From Rhodobiaceae bacterium (GTDB lineage Bacteria; Pseudomonadota; Alphaproteobacteria; Rhizobiales; TMED25), in contig JABIEF010000050.1 in the NCBI GenBank assembly GCA_018651345.1, positions 27,895-91,894 on the forward strand: 64,000 bases of DNA, in the 5' to 3' direction. Made by a program: the position numbers and the translations under genes. The notes beneath the pieces are model-generated. The model saw only the letters and a program-made list of their open reading frames with translations, was not told the origin of the DNA and searched no databases. Each line of letters opens with the position of its first letter. The stretch's first letter is position 1. This document shows positions 25,538 to 36,286 of this stretch, piece after piece.

Positions 25538-25732
25538 ATGTCTAAAGAAAAAATAATGATAACCGTAGAACAAACTGGAAGTCCAATTAGAAGACCGGCT
25601 GACCAAAAAGCAACTTTAATTGGTTTGGGTTTGAGGGGTATAAGATCTAGGAAGACTTTAGAAGATAATCCATCTACCAGAGGAATGATAAGAAAAATTC
25701 AACATCTTGTAAAAATAGTTGAAGATAAATAA
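25538..25732 (+). CDS. rpmD: 50S ribosomal protein L30
   Basis: 64 aa, L30-like ([12 protein letters not shown]). Confidence 0.94.
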   Translation: MSKEKIMITVEQTGSPIRRPADQKATLIGLGLRGIRSRKTLEDNPSTRGMIRKIQHLVKIVEDK

Positions 25733-25752
25733 GATAAAATTTGAGGTTGGTA

Positions 25753-26250
25753 ATGAAACTTAATGAATTAGCAGATAACCCTGGATCAAGGCCGACAAAA
25801 AAACGCGTCGGTAGAGGTATTGGATCAGGAAAAGGTAAAACAGCTGGTAGGGGCGTGAAGGGTCAAAAGTCACGTTCTGGCGTAGCTATAAAAGGATTTG
25901 AAGGCGGGCAGATGCCTTTGCATAGAAGATTACCTAAGCGTGGCTTTGTTAATATATTTAGAAAAGAATATAATGCTATAAATTTAGATAGAATCCAGGA
26001 TTTTATTGATAGTGGAAAAATAGATATTACTAAGCCAATTAATACTGAAAGCTTACTTGAAGCGGGTGTAATTGTTAAAGAAAAGAATGGAATACGTTTG
26101 TTAGGTAGAGGTGAATTAAAGTCTAAAGTTACTTTTGAAGTTACCGGAGCGTCAAAAAGAGCTATCGAGATAATTGAAAATTGTGGCGGTAAAATTCAAT
26201 TATTAGGTACTTCTACTATAAATAAAGATACAATCGATGATAAAAAATAA
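25753..26250 (+). CDS. rplO: 50S ribosomal protein L15
   Basis: ATG at 25753 gives [13 protein letters not shown]. Gly/Arg-rich N-terminal region. Confidence 0.95.
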   Translation: MKLNELADNPGSRPTKKRVGRGIGSGKGKTAGRGVKGQKSRSGVAIKGFEGGQMPLHRRLPKRGFVNIFRKEYNAINLDRIQDFIDSGKIDITKPINTESLLEAGVIVKEKNGIRLLGRGELKSKVTFEVTGASKRAIEIIENCGGKIQLLGTSTINKDTIDDKK

Positions 26251-26302
26251 TTAACTATAAGAATAAATTATAGTTTTTTATTGTATTATTAGGAGATATT
26301 AA

Positions 26303-27637
26303 ATGGTTTCAGCCGCTGAACAATTGGCTTCTGGTCTAAATTTTTCAACATTCGCTAAGGCTAAAGACCTAAAGCAGAGAATATTATTTACATTAGGTAT
26401 ATTGTTAATATACAGACTTGGTACATATATTCCGTTGCCAGGTATTAACACCGACGCATTAGCCCAGCTATTTCAGCAGAATCAAAGTGGTATAATAGGC
26501 ATGTTTGACATGTTTGCTGGTGGTGCTGTTGGAAGAATGGCTATTTTTGCATTAAACATTATGCCATATATTTCAGCTGCAATAATTATGCAATTAATGG
26601 TAGCAGTTTCCCCTCACCTTGAACAATTAAAAAAAGAAGGTGCGCGTGGAGCAAAACAAATCAATCAGTATACAAGATACGGAACCGTTTTCTTAGCAAC
26701 TTTACAGGCATATGGTATATCAGTTGGCTTAGAAGGTGCGGGTAACATCGTTGAAAATCCTGGTTTATACTTTAAATTATCAGCCGTAATTACTCTTGTC
26801 GGAGGCGTCATGTTCTTGATGTGGATAGGCGAACAAGTAACAGCAAGAGGAATTGGCAATGGAATTTCATTGATAATTTTCTCTGGTATTGTTGCAGAGC
26901 TTCCGTCGGCAATTATTAATACGCTTGAGTTAGGTAGACAAGGGGCGATATCAACTTGGTTAATATTAACTATTTTCATATTGGCAATAGCAGTAATTGC
27001 TTTTATTGTTTTTATGGAAAGAGCGCAAAGAAGATTGCTGGTTCAATATCCTAAAAGACAACAGGGAAATAAAATGGTTGGCGGCGATAGTTCGCATTTA
27101 CCTCTTAAGTTAAATACTGCAGGTGTTATTCCTCCAATATTTGCTTCTTCTTTGCTTTTATTACCGATGACTGTAGCTAATTTTAGTACAGGGCAGGGAC
27201 CAGATTGGTTGGGTACGGTAACAGCATTATTAGGACGAGGGCAGCCTCTTTACCTAAGTTTGTATATTGGAGGTATAGTATTTTTTGCTTTTTTCTATAC
27301 TGCTATAGTATTTAATCCAACAGACACAGCTGATAATTTAAAAAAACAAGGTGGTTTTATACCTGGTATTCGACCTGGTGATAAAACTGCGGAGTATATA
27401 GATTATGTTTTAACTAGAGTGACTTGTGTAGGAGCTTTGTATTTAGCTGCCGTTTGTATTCTTCCAGAAATACTTATGTCCTATGCAGCGGTACCTTTTT
27501 ACTTCGGTGGAACATCGTTATTAATCATTGTTAGCGTTACAATAGATTTGATTTCACAGGTTCAAAGTCATTTATTAGCCCATCAGTACGAAGGGTTAAT
27601 AAAGAAATCACGCTTAGGTGGGAAGAGAGCTAGATGA
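26303..27637 (+). CDS. secY: preprotein translocase subunit SecY
   Basis: 444 aa, 10-TM profile, SecY-like blocks. Position after rplO. Confidence 0.97.
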   Translation: MVSAAEQLASGLNFSTFAKAKDLKQRILFTLGILLIYRLGTYIPLPGINTDALAQLFQQNQSGIIGMFDMFAGGAVGRMAIFALNIMPYISAAIIMQLMVAVSPHLEQLKKEGARGAKQINQYTRYGTVFLATLQAYGISVGLEGAGNIVENPGLYFKLSAVITLVGGVMFLMWIGEQVTARGIGNGISLIIFSGIVAELPSAIINTLELGRQGAISTWLILTIFILAIAVIAFIVFMERAQRRLLVQYPKRQQGNKMVGGDSSHLPLKLNTAGVIPPIFASSLLLLPMTVANFSTGQGPDWLGTVTALLGRGQPLYLSLYIGGIVFFAFFYTAIVFNPTDTADNLKKQGGFIPGIRPGDKTAEYIDYVLTRVTCVGALYLAAVCILPEILMSYAAVPFYFGGTSLLIIVSVTIDLISQVQSHLLAHQYEGLIKKSRLGGKRAR

Positions 27638-28215
27638 ATATTATTATATTAGGACCTCCTGGAGCAGGAAAAGGTACGCAGGCTTTAATGATAAAAGATT
27701 CATTTAATTTTGTTCAATTTTCTACTGGAGATATTTTGCGTGAAGCTGTTGACGCAAAAACTAGTATTGGTTTAAAAGTTAAAGATATTATTGCAAAAGG
27801 AGATCTTGTAGCAGACGAATTAATTTTAGAAATAATATCCCAAAAGATTGCTGATAATAAAAGCGAGAAAGGAATCATATTTGATGGATTCCCGAGAACT
27901 ATATTGCAGGCAGATGAGTTATTGAAGGTTCTGTCTGATTACAAAATGAAGTTAGATCTTGTTATAGAACTTGCAGTTGATGATAATATTTTATTAGGTA
28001 GAATTGAAACTAGAGCTGCAGAAAATTCTGAAAACGTAAGAGATGATGATAACAAAAGCGCTTTAAAGAAAAGACTGTCCGTTTATCATAAGCAAACAAG
28101 GCCATTAATCGATTATTACAAGAAGCATTCCGATTTTGTTTCAGTAGATGGTATGATGGAAATTAATGAAGTTAGTGAAAATATTATTAGTATTTTAAAT
28201 AAAAGGTTAAATTAA
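27634..28215 (+). CDS. adk: adenylate kinase (short-lid form)
   Basis: 193 aa with P-loop GPPGAGKGTQ. ATGA overlap with secY. Confidence 0.96.
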   Translation: MNIIILGPPGAGKGTQALMIKDSFNFVQFSTGDILREAVDAKTSIGLKVKDIIAKGDLVADELILEIISQKIADNKSEKGIIFDGFPRTILQADELLKVLSDYKMKLDLVIELAVDDNILLGRIETRAAENSENVRDDDNKSALKKRLSVYHKQTRPLIDYYKKHSDFVSVDGMMEINEVSENIISILNKRLN

Positions 28216-28349
28216 TAATATTAATTTGCAGAAGTGCTTTACAATTTATGTTAATGATAATAGTTAATATAATATATATTTAAATATTTAATTATACGAT
28301 CGTTGTTCGGTCTTATTTTTTGGTAGTAATTGAAAAGGGAGTGTGTTCA

Positions 28350-28718
28350 GTGGCTCGTATTGCAGGTGTTAATATACCGACTAATAAACGTGTTTTGATA
28401 GCTTTAAGAAGTATCCATGGAATTGGACCAGCTAAGGCTATAGAAATATGCAATAAAGTAAATATTGAAACTACAAAAAGGGTTAATCAGCTATCTGATT
28501 CAGAGGTTATTCAAATCCGTGAGGCTATTGATGCTGACTATATTGTTGAAGGTGACCTAAGACGTCAAGTTTCTATGAATATAAAAGGTATGATGGATTT
28601 AGGTTGTTACAAAGGTTTAAGGCATAGAAGAGGCTTACCAGTAAGAGGTCAGAGAACTAGTACCAACGCAAGAACTAGAAAAGGGCCAGCTAAAGCTATT
28701 GCAGGCAAAAAGAAATAA
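28350..28718 (+). CDS. rpsM: 30S ribosomal protein S13
   Basis: GTG at 28350, after AAAAGGGAG, gives (M)[14 protein letters not shown], 122 aa. Confidence 0.95.
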   Translation: MARIAGVNIPTNKRVLIALRSIHGIGPAKAIEICNKVNIETTKRVNQLSDSEVIQIREAIDADYIVEGDLRRQVSMNIKGMMDLGCYKGLRHRRGLPVRGQRTSTNARTRKGPAKAIAGKKK

Positions 28719-28739
28719 GATAACTTTGAAAGAATAATT

Positions 28740-29129
28740 ATGGCTATAGATAAAACAAAAGTTCGTAAAAAAGAGCGTAAAAATATTACATCAGGTGTTG
28801 TGCATGTAAATGCTACATATAATAATACTATGGTTACAATTACAGATGCTCAAGGTAATGCAATATCATGGTCTTCTGCTGGTGGTATGGGATTTAAGGG
28901 TTCGCGTAAGTCTACTCCATATGCAGCACAGGTAGCAGCTGAAGATGCTGCAAAAAAAGCAATGGAACATGGCATGGTAACGGTTGAAGTGTTGGTTAAG
29001 GGACCGGGATCAGGAAGGGAATCTGCCCTAAGATCTCTACAAACAACAGGATTTACTGTTACGTCAATTAAAGACGTAACACCAATTCCACATAATGGAT
29101 GTCGCCCTCCTAAAAGGCGTAGAGTTTAA
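28740..29129 (+). CDS. rpsK: 30S ribosomal protein S11
   Basis: 129 aa ending [15 protein letters not shown]. Confidence 0.97.
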   Translation: MAIDKTKVRKKERKNITSGVVHVNATYNNTMVTITDAQGNAISWSSAGGMGFKGSRKSTPYAAQVAAEDAAKKAMEHGMVTVEVLVKGPGSGRESALRSLQTTGFTVTSIKDVTPIPHNGCRPPKRRRV

Positions 29130-29232
29130 AAATTTAAAAGTTTAAATTTTTTTTTGGTATTTAATAATAAATATCTTTACTTAAAATTATACCATTAATT
29201 TATTGGTAGATAATAAATACAAGAGGTAACAA

Positions 29233-30249
29233 GTGATTGAAAAAAACTGGCAGGAATTAATTAAGCCAAATAAGCTTGAAATTAAAGATGACCATAGTAA
29301 TGAAAATACTGTTTATTTGGTTGCAGAGCCATTAGAACGTGGTTTTGCCCTAACTCTAGGTAATGCATTAAGAAGGGTTCTTTTATCATCTCTTCAAGGT
29401 AGCGCTATTACATCAGTAAAAATTGATGGAGTTTTGCATGAGTTTTCATCAATTGCAGGTGTTAGAGAAGACGTTACGGATATAATATTGAACATAAAAG
29501 ATATTGCAGTAAATGTTCAGACTGAAAATCCTGTCAAGATGACACTTAGTAAGTCTGGTCCATGTGTTATTACAGCTGCTGATATTGAAACAACAGCTGA
29601 TATTGAAGTTTTAAACCCCGAAATAGTAATCTGTACTCTCGATAAAGGTACAGATATCCATATGGAGTTCATTGCAAAAACTGGCAGAGGGTATGTTTCT
29701 GCTGAGAAAAATAGGGGCGAAGACGAACCAATTGGGCTTATTCCTATTGATAGTTTATTTTCTCCTGTTAAAAGAGTCTCTTATAATGTTGAGAATACCC
29801 GTGAAGGTCAAGTATTGGATTATGATAAATTAACCCTAATAGTTGAAACTGATGGTTCTGTTCGCCCTGAAGACGCAGTAGCTTTTGCAGCTCGTGTATT
29901 ACAGGATCAGCTAGATATTTTTGTTAATTTTGAAGAACCAGTAGCAGCAGTCGTTGAAGATAAAACCCCTGAATTAACATTCAATCCTTCATTATTGAAA
30001 AAAGTAGATGAATTAGAATTATCTGTTAGATCAGCGAATTGCCTTAAAAATGATAATATTGTTTATATTGGTGATCTGATCTTAAAATCAGAATCTGAAA
30101 TGTTAAGAACACCTAATTTTGGACGTAAGTCTTTAAATGAGATAAAAGAGGTTCTCGCGCAAATGGGGTTACATTTAGGTATGCATATACCAAATTGGCC
30201 GCCTGAAAATATTGATGAATTAGCAAAAAGATACGAAGAACATTTTTAA
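29233..30249 (+). CDS. rpoA: DNA-directed RNA polymerase subunit alpha
   Basis: 338 aa with NTD ([11 protein letters not shown]) and CTD ([11 protein letters not shown]). GTG start. Confidence 0.97.
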   Translation: MIEKNWQELIKPNKLEIKDDHSNENTVYLVAEPLERGFALTLGNALRRVLLSSLQGSAITSVKIDGVLHEFSSIAGVREDVTDIILNIKDIAVNVQTENPVKMTLSKSGPCVITAADIETTADIEVLNPEIVICTLDKGTDIHMEFIAKTGRGYVSAEKNRGEDEPIGLIPIDSLFSPVKRVSYNVENTREGQVLDYDKLTLIVETDGSVRPEDAVAFAARVLQDQLDIFVNFEEPVAAVVEDKTPELTFNPSLLKKVDELELSVRSANCLKNDNIVYIGDLILKSESEMLRTPNFGRKSLNEIKEVLAQMGLHLGMHIPNWPPENIDELAKRYEEHF

Positions 30250-30295
30250 TTTTTTAATTATAATATAATAATACAAACACAGTAGGAGAAGTTAA

Positions 30296-30742
30296 ATGCG
30301 TCATAGAAAATCAGGACGTAAATTAAATAGAACGGCAAGTCATAGGAAAGCAATGTTTGCAAATATGGCTGTTGCTCTACTTAAGCATGAGCAAATTATT
30401 ACTACATTGCCAAAAGCCAAGGAATTAAGACCTATTGTTGAAAAGCTTATTACATTATCAAGAAAAGAAAGTCTTCATGCAAGAAGGTTGGCCGTTTCAA
30501 AGTTACAAGGTGATAAAACTGTAGTTACTAAATTGTTTGATACACTTGGGCCAAGGTATTTGAACAGAAGTGGTGGATATACAAGGATTATAAAAGCTGG
30601 TTTTAGATTTGGTGATTCTGCGCCGATGGCGGTTATAGAGTTTGTAGATAGAGATGTTAGTGCAAAAGGTAAAGATTCTGGCCCCGTGCAAGTAAAAACA
30701 GTTGAGGCTGAAGACGAAGGCAATGTGAATGCTATAGCATAA
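30296..30742 (+). CDS. rplQ: 50S ribosomal protein L17
   Basis: 148 aa, [21 protein letters not shown] start. Confidence 0.97.
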   Translation: MRHRKSGRKLNRTASHRKAMFANMAVALLKHEQIITTLPKAKELRPIVEKLITLSRKESLHARRLAVSKLQGDKTVVTKLFDTLGPRYLNRSGGYTRIIKAGFRFGDSAPMAVIEFVDRDVSAKGKDSGPVQVKTVEAEDEGNVNAIA

Positions 30743-30801
30743 TTGTTTTTGAACTTTTATTATAACCTTGAGCCTTATGTATATTTTACGGATTAAAGGT
30801 A

Positions 30802-31182
30802 ATGAAAAGTTTGCTGATAGTTGGTTTTGGTGGTTTTCTTGGTGCTATTAGCAGGTATTTAATAAATATTTTCATGTTAAAAATTGTCAGTTCATCTTTT
30901 CCCTGGAGTACTCTCTTAATTAATGTTCTTGGTTCTTTTTTAATGGGAGCTTTAGTTGAAGTTTTTTCTCAGAAAATCAACTTTTCTTATGAATTAAAAC
31001 TATTACTTTTTGTTGGTTTTTTAGGAAGTTTTACAACTTTTTCAACTTTTTCATTAGATGCAGTTTCAATGTTTGGGAGAGGCGAAAATCTTTATTCTTT
31101 TCTATATATAAGCTTGTCCGTCTTATTGTCTGTTGGTTCCCTAATTTTCGCTATGCATATTATGAAAAGTTATATTCTATGA
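30802..31182 (+). CDS. crcB: fluoride ion channel CrcB/FluC
   Basis: 126 aa, 4 TM, with GFLGSFTTFSTF motif. Confidence 0.9.
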   Translation: MKSLLIVGFGGFLGAISRYLINIFMLKIVSSSFPWSTLLINVLGSFLMGALVEVFSQKINFSYELKLLLFVGFLGSFTTFSTFSLDAVSMFGRGENLYSFLYISLSVLLSVGSLIFAMHIMKSYIL

Positions 31183-32141
31183 AAGATGTTAAGTTTTTTT
31201 ATGTTAGCTCTAAGGATGAAGGATTAAGGATTGATAGATGGATTTCTGAAAATCTACAAGATATAAATTATGTGCATGCTCAAAAACTGATTAGATCAGG
31301 GCAAGTTAGAATAGATGGTTCTCGTGTAAAGGCAAATGTAAGGCTCATTGAAGGTCAAAAAATAAGAATACCTCCTCACGAAGAATACATAAACCCAATT
31401 TCTCTAGTTAGGTCGATACCTGATAATCAAAAGAACTTTATAAAATCATTAGTCATATTTGAAGATAATAATATTATGGTTTTGAATAAGCCTTATGGGC
31501 TTGCAACTCAAGGGGGGCAGGGCATTGATAATCATATTGATAAACTATTGTCAACTTGGGATAAAGAAGGTGAAGATAGATATAAGCTAGTTCATAGATT
31601 GGATAAAAATACCACAGGAATTTTAGTAGTAGCTAAAAATAGGAAATCAGCTAATTTTTATGCAAATTGCTTTAAAGATAGATCTGTTAAAAAAATATAC
31701 TGGGCAATTGTATTTGGTGTTCCTGATAATAGCATGGGTAAGATTGATTTGCCGGTTAACGAGAGGTCCAAGAAATATAATGAACCTGGAGATAAACATA
31801 AAACACAACATGCTATTACCAAGTATAAGGTTATAGACTTTGCAGGAAAGTCATTTTCATTGTTACATTTACAGCCTATTACTGGCAGGAAACATCAATT
31901 AAGAGTTCATCTATCTTCTATGAATAATCCTATTTTAGGTGATGAAAAATACTCACTTAGTGATTATTCTGTTCCAAGTGAATTAGATAATCTTATGCAT
32001 TTGCATGCTAAGTCTATTCTGATACCAAGTTTATCGGGACAGATTTTAACTATAGACGCTCCGATTCCAAAACACTTTGTTTCTACTATTAAATATTTAG
32101 GTTTAAATTATGACGATTATATGCCAGAAGATATATTTTAA
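31179..32141 (+). CDS. RluA-family 23S rRNA pseudouridine synthase (RluC/RluD-like)
   Basis: 320 aa with an N-terminal S4 domain and the catalytic HRLDKNTTGILVVAKN motif. ATGA overlap with crcB. Confidence 0.88.
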   Translation: MKDVKFFYVSSKDEGLRIDRWISENLQDINYVHAQKLIRSGQVRIDGSRVKANVRLIEGQKIRIPPHEEYINPISLVRSIPDNQKNFIKSLVIFEDNNIMVLNKPYGLATQGGQGIDNHIDKLLSTWDKEGEDRYKLVHRLDKNTTGILVVAKNRKSANFYANCFKDRSVKKIYWAIVFGVPDNSMGKIDLPVNERSKKYNEPGDKHKTQHAITKYKVIDFAGKSFSLLHLQPITGRKHQLRVHLSSMNNPILGDEKYSLSDYSVPSELDNLMHLHAKSILIPSLSGQILTIDAPIPKHFVSTIKYLGLNYDDYMPEDIF

Positions 32142-32159
32142 TTAGAGTGAGGTTTTGAT

Positions 32160-32861
32160 TTGGCTGGTAATATCAAAAGATTCTACAAAGACGTTTCTAT
32201 TAAGAATACGCATGGACAATATACAATTTTATTGGATGGAAGGGAAATTCTTACACCAAAGAAAAATATATTAGTCTCGCCTTCTCTATATTGTGCTAAG
32301 AGAATACTAGTTGAATGGGAATCGCAGGAGAAGTTCGTAGATTACAATAATATGCCTATTACAAGAGTTTGTTTTGCTGCAACAGATATTAATAAATCTG
32401 AATTGGAAGAAATTATTAGCAATATAATATACACTCTTAAGGCTGATCTGATTTTATATAGAGCTAGCCATCCAAAAGAATTGAACTTAAGACAAAGAGA
32501 AAACTGGGACCATATAGTCGATTATCATTATAAAATTAATGGTTATAAATTTAACAAAACAGATAGCATTCAATATGTTTTGCAACCAGAGAGTAGTATT
32601 TCTGGTATAACTAAGATTTTAAATAATTACTCTGATATTGAGAATATTTTAATACATAACTGCACAAAAATTCTAGGGTCGTGTCTAATAACATTGGCAT
32701 GCAAAGATAATTATATCAATCCAGAAAAATCTTGGGAAATTGCAAATATCGATGATACTTGGCAGGAAGAGAAATGGGGAAAAGATGATGAAAAGATTAA
32801 ACGACAAACGCTTTTAAAAAAGGACTTTTTAACTTATATAGAACTCATTAATCAAATTTAG
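32160..32861 (+). CDS. ATP12-family F1-ATPase assembly chaperone
   Basis: 233 aa with KRFYKDVSI...LDGREILTPKKN, the N-terminus typical of ATP12/Atp12p homologues of alphaproteobacteria. TTG start. Confidence 0.8.
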   Translation: MAGNIKRFYKDVSIKNTHGQYTILLDGREILTPKKNILVSPSLYCAKRILVEWESQEKFVDYNNMPITRVCFAATDINKSELEEIISNIIYTLKADLILYRASHPKELNLRQRENWDHIVDYHYKINGYKFNKTDSIQYVLQPESSISGITKILNNYSDIENILIHNCTKILGSCLITLACKDNYINPEKSWEIANIDDTWQEEKWGKDDEKIKRQTLLKKDFLTYIELINQI

Positions 32862-33525
32862 CTCTATTAACCATCTCAATTGTTTGATTTTCTTTTGAAA
32901 ATATATCCAGAAAATTTTTATACAAATAGGCATCAAAATCATGCATAGAAACTTTTTTTCCTAAATTATGCAAACTTGTAACTCCGTAACTTGAAATTCC
33001 GCATGGCACAATACTATTAAAATGATCAATGTCAGGCGATATATTAATAGATATTCCATGGTAGCTTATCCATTTTCTTACTCTCAATCCTATGGCAGCT
33101 ATTTTTTCTTCTTCTTTATTTTCATTGTAAACCCAAATACCAATTCTATCTTTTCTAGTAAATCCTTCTACCCCAATATCATGAAGGGTATTTATTATTA
33201 AAAGTTCAAGTTTATTTATAAATTCTCTTATATTTTTTTCATGATTTTCTAAGTTTAACATAAAATAAACAATTCTTTGTCCAGGTCCGTGGTAAGTATA
33301 TTGGCCACCTCTTCCAGTCTTATAAACAGGAAATCTATCTTTCTCAATTAAGTCTTCATCCTTAGAGCTTGTTCCAGCCGTATATATAGACGGGTGCTCT
33401 AATAGCCAAACTAATTCATTCGCATCTTTATTGATTATATTATTAACTCTTTCTTCCATAATATTACAGGCAACTTCATAATCTGTAAGATTTGTGCTAT
33501 TAGCCCACTCAATAATTTTTTTCAT
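32848..33525 (-). CDS. lipB: octanoyltransferase LipB
   Basis: 225 aa with GRGGQYTYHGPGQ and a catalytic PCG motif. Confidence 0.93.
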   Translation of the reverse strand: MKKIIEWANSTNLTDYEVACNIMEERVNNIINKDANELVWLLEHPSIYTAGTSSKDEDLIEKDRFPVYKTGRGGQYTYHGPGQRIVYFMLNLENHEKNIREFINKLELLIINTLHDIGVEGFTRKDRIGIWVYNENKEEEKIAAIGLRVRKWISYHGISINISPDIDHFNSIVPCGISSYGVTSLHNLGKKVSMHDFDAYLYKNFLDIFSKENQTIEMVNRAKFD

Positions 33526-33625
33526 CCGATAATTGCTTTTGTAATTATTAAACTGATTTACTATAAAATAATATTATATATATTAGCATTAATTGTATTA
33601 TTTAATATAATTGTTTTAATGTTAT

Positions 33626-33712
33626 GCGGTCGTGGCGGAATTGGTAGACGCGCAGCGTTGAGGTCGCTGTGGAGGAAACTCCTTGGAAGTTCGAGTCTTC
33701 TCGACCGCACCA
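33626..33712 (+). tRNA. tRNA-Leu (anticodon GAG), type II, CCA encoded
   Basis: Acceptor GCGGTCG/CGACCGC, anticodon arm CAGCG-TTGAGGT-CGCTG, long variable arm, T loop TTCGAGT. Confidence 0.92.
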
Positions 33713-33940
33713 TATTTTATCTTTGTAACTTAAGCTGGCGGTAGTAATACTGATACAGATGTTCCTGAAAGTTTTAGTAGCGCACCCTTTGCTGGATATT
33801 TTACTGTAACAAGTAATTAGCTCTTAAGTTATTCTAGTATAACTTTAAGATTGACCATGTATATATATTTTAAATTTTTTTTTAAATATCTATTCATAAT
33901 AATATGCTAATAATTTTTTTTATCAATTTAAAAGATAATT

Positions 33941-34393
33941 ATGCAAGAATCGATCGATAAATTTAATATTGTAAAATTAGCTGTTGGAATAAAAGATATT
34001 GAGATATTGATTAATCGTCAAATATCAAACGGTCTCTTGTATTCAAATGATGATCACTTATTAAAAATGTGTTTTACGACAAGAAATACTCCTAAATTAA
34101 TAAACGAAATAATTGATTCGGATGAAGGTTCAATATATTGGGTTATTGCTGGCAAGATTGCGCTTAGGCAAAAAATAATTGGTTCGTTTAATTTAGAATT
34201 AAAAGAGCAGAAAAAGATCTGTGTAATAGGTTTGTCTGATAAATTATTTTTAACCCAAAGAATACCAAAAAGACCATTTCAGGGCTGGCGATACTTAAAG
34301 AATAATGATACACCGCGAGATATTGGGCTTTACTCTAAGGGCGATGTTAGTAATACTGTATTAGAAGAGCTTGATCGATTGAGTTTACTATGA
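33941..34393 (+). CDS. DUF1489-family protein
   Basis: 150 aa with IVKLAVG...RPFQGWRYL motifs recalled from the alphaproteobacterial DUF1489 family. Function unknown. Confidence 0.65.
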   Translation: MQESIDKFNIVKLAVGIKDIEILINRQISNGLLYSNDDHLLKMCFTTRNTPKLINEIIDSDEGSIYWVIAGKIALRQKIIGSFNLELKEQKKICVIGLSDKLFLTQRIPKRPFQGWRYLKNNDTPRDIGLYSKGDVSNTVLEELDRLSLL

Positions 34394-34430
34394 ATACGAT
34401 GTATCTCATATTTAAGAGTGTGATGTTTAA

Positions 34431-34781
34431 ATGATCTATTTATTTATTTTAATTATTGTTCCCTTGTTACTATTTTTTGCAAAAATCAAGGTACTTGGCT
34501 CGTTATTTTATTTTTTACCGTTTTTGATCCGCAATATTTCTTTTTTTATAAAAAAAAATAAGACAAATAATTCACAAAGAAAAAGTACTAGTTCAGTTTA
34601 TACTTTAGATGAGGCAGCAGAAATACTTGGAGTAAGTATTGATGCAAGTGCCGATGAAATTGAGTTAGCTTATCGACGATTAATGAAAAAAATTCATCCT
34701 GATAACGGTGGAAGCAATTATCTTGCTGTAAAGGTAAATGCTGCTCATGATTTGATGTTAAGTAGGTTTAAGGCTAAGTAA
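34431..34781 (+). CDS. membrane-anchored J-domain (DnaJ-like) protein
   Basis: 116 aa with an N-terminal TM segment and a C-terminal J domain carrying the HPD motif (KKIHPDNGG). Confidence 0.8.
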   Translation: MIYLFILIIVPLLLFFAKIKVLGSLFYFLPFLIRNISFFIKKNKTNNSQRKSTSSVYTLDEAAEILGVSIDASADEIELAYRRLMKKIHPDNGGSNYLAVKVNAAHDLMLSRFKAK

Positions 34782-34810
34782 AATATTATATAATTTTTTT
34801 GTATCAAGAT

Positions 34811-35797
34811 TTAATTATATGGAACTAGGTTTATTATCCTATTAACTTTTAATTTAATTTTATCGAAATAAGAATTTTTATCTACTCTGCTTTTGATTTG
34901 AGGAAGATAGTTTGCATTTTCTGTTTTATATGGATTTTTTATCGGTAATTTCATTGTTTTAGATAATTTTGGAAATGATTTATTTAAAACTTTGATCATA
35001 TTATAATCTCTAGCACTTCCTGTGTTTCCTCCCATAACAACTGCTATGGCATGCTTGTTATCTTTTTGTATTGAAGTAACAATATTAAATCCAGATGCGT
35101 TAGTAAAGCCAGTCTTGATACCATTTGCTCCTTCGTAACTAAATAATAATTTATTATGACTGATATATTTTTTATTATCATAGGAAAAGGATTTTAGTCC
35201 AAATACATAATACTCATTAGGAAAGTCATTCTTAATTCTTAACCCTAATATTACCATATCATAGGGTGTTGTTAATTGTTTACTGTTAGGCAGTCCTGAG
35301 GCGTTTTTAAAAACCGTATTTTTCATTCCTAGTGTCTCTGCTGTCATGCTCATTTTGTTTGAGAATAGTGTTTCTGTTCCAGAGATATGTTCTGCGACCG
35401 CGGTAGCCACATCATTTGCAGACTTTATTGCCAATGCTTTTATAGCACTATCTACTGATATCGATCCTCCTGAAGGAATACCTAGTTTTGATGGTTGCTT
35501 ATTTGAGGCATTTCGTGAAAAATATATTAAATCAGTTTTTTTTATTGAACCTCTTTTTATTTCATCAAATAATATATACAGTGTCATCATTTTTGTTAAA
35601 GATGCAGGGTATCTTTTTTTGTATCCATTTACGTGATGTATTATTTCTCCAGTTTTTGCATCCATTACAAGCGATGAATATTTGCTATTAGTTGCTGAAA
35701 ATGCATTGTTAGCGTAGCTAATATTAGTAATTATAAGCGCAGTAATTAATATTATTATTTTTAGGTTAATAAGGATAATTCTATTTAATGTTTTCAT
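34811..35797 (-). CDS. D-alanyl-D-alanine carboxypeptidase (peptidase S11, PBP5/6-like)
   Basis: 328 aa with signal/TM start, active-site SLTK, SGL (SxN-type) and KTG motifs. Confidence 0.88.
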   Translation of the reverse strand: MKTLNRIILINLKIIILITALIITNISYANNAFSATNSKYSSLVMDAKTGEIIHHVNGYKKRYPASLTKMMTLYILFDEIKRGSIKKTDLIYFSRNASNKQPSKLGIPSGGSISVDSAIKALAIKSANDVATAVAEHISGTETLFSNKMSMTAETLGMKNTVFKNASGLPNSKQLTTPYDMVILGLRIKNDFPNEYYVFGLKSFSYDNKKYISHNKLLFSYEGANGIKTGFTNASGFNIVTSIQKDNKHAIAVVMGGNTGSARDYNMIKVLNKSFPKLSKTMKLPIKNPYKTENANYLPQIKSRVDKNSYFDKIKLKVNRIINLVPYN

Positions 35798-35951
35798 ATT
35801 GCCAGGCTGTACTGTTTGTAGATTATATAATTTATTATAATTAAATGTAATGAGTTACATTTTAGTTAAGAATACCCTTTACTCCACAGAATTGTTAATA
35901 GTTTTATTTTAAATTATTTGATTTATGAGATTTAGTAACCAAATATATATC

Positions 35952-36278
35952 ATGAGTAAAAATACAAGCAATTTTAAAAACAATACAAATACTGATGAAC
36001 TTGTTTCTTCAAAGAAGAAAGTAAAAAAACCCAGTAAGTATAAAGTGGTTCTTTTAAATGATGATTACACTCCAATGGAATTTGTTGTTGAAGTTCTTAC
36101 CATGTTTTTTTCTAAAAACGAAGAAGAGGCGATGAAGATAATGCTTCATATCCATCAGAAAGGTCTCGGATTATGTGGATTTTATTCTTTCGATGTTGCC
36201 GAGACTAAGGTAACACAAGTTATGGCTTATTCTATTAGGCATAATCACCCCTTGCAATGTAAAATGGAAAAAGATTAG
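35952..36278 (+). CDS. clpS: ATP-dependent Clp protease adaptor ClpS
   Basis: Motif [20 protein letters not shown] at 35952 chosen; the track start at 35925 is possible. Confidence 0.92.
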   Translation: MSKNTSNFKNNTNTDELVSSKKKVKKPSKYKVVLLNDDYTPMEFVVEVLTMFFSKNEEEAMKIMLHIHQKGLGLCGFYSFDVAETKVTQVMAYSIRHNHPLQCKMEKD

Positions 36279-36286
36279 GAAACAAA

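Noticed and set aside
26253-26279. AT-only hairpin (AACTATAA/TTATAGTT) plus T-run between rplO and secY, as a possible internal terminator.
   Set aside because: The stem has a single G-C pair and would be very weak. secY is normally co-transcribed with the spc operon. It is not convincing without transcript data.
28216-28349. Looked for rpmJ (L36) or infA in the adk-rpsM gap, where many bacteria have them.
   Set aside because: No ORF with the Cys/His-rich L36 pattern or an S1-like IF1 sequence appears in any frame. The gap looks like a promoter/leader.
30743-30801. Expected fluoride riboswitch (crcB motif) upstream of crcB.
   Set aside because: The 59-nt gap is almost pure A/T, with none of the conserved GC-rich pseudoknot segments. 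crcB is probably constitutively expressed or read through from rplQ.
33713-33830. Slightly GC-richer patch immediately 3' of tRNA-Leu. It includes a start-less 27-codon minus-strand frame (…VTVKYPAKGALLKLSGTSVSVLLPPA*) and could be an integrase att site or island remnant.
   Set aside because: I found no direct repeat of the tRNA 3' end downstream and no integrase or phage genes. The following genes are core (DUF1489, J-domain protein, PBP, clpSA). The frame has no start codon or recognisable homology. The evidence is insufficient.
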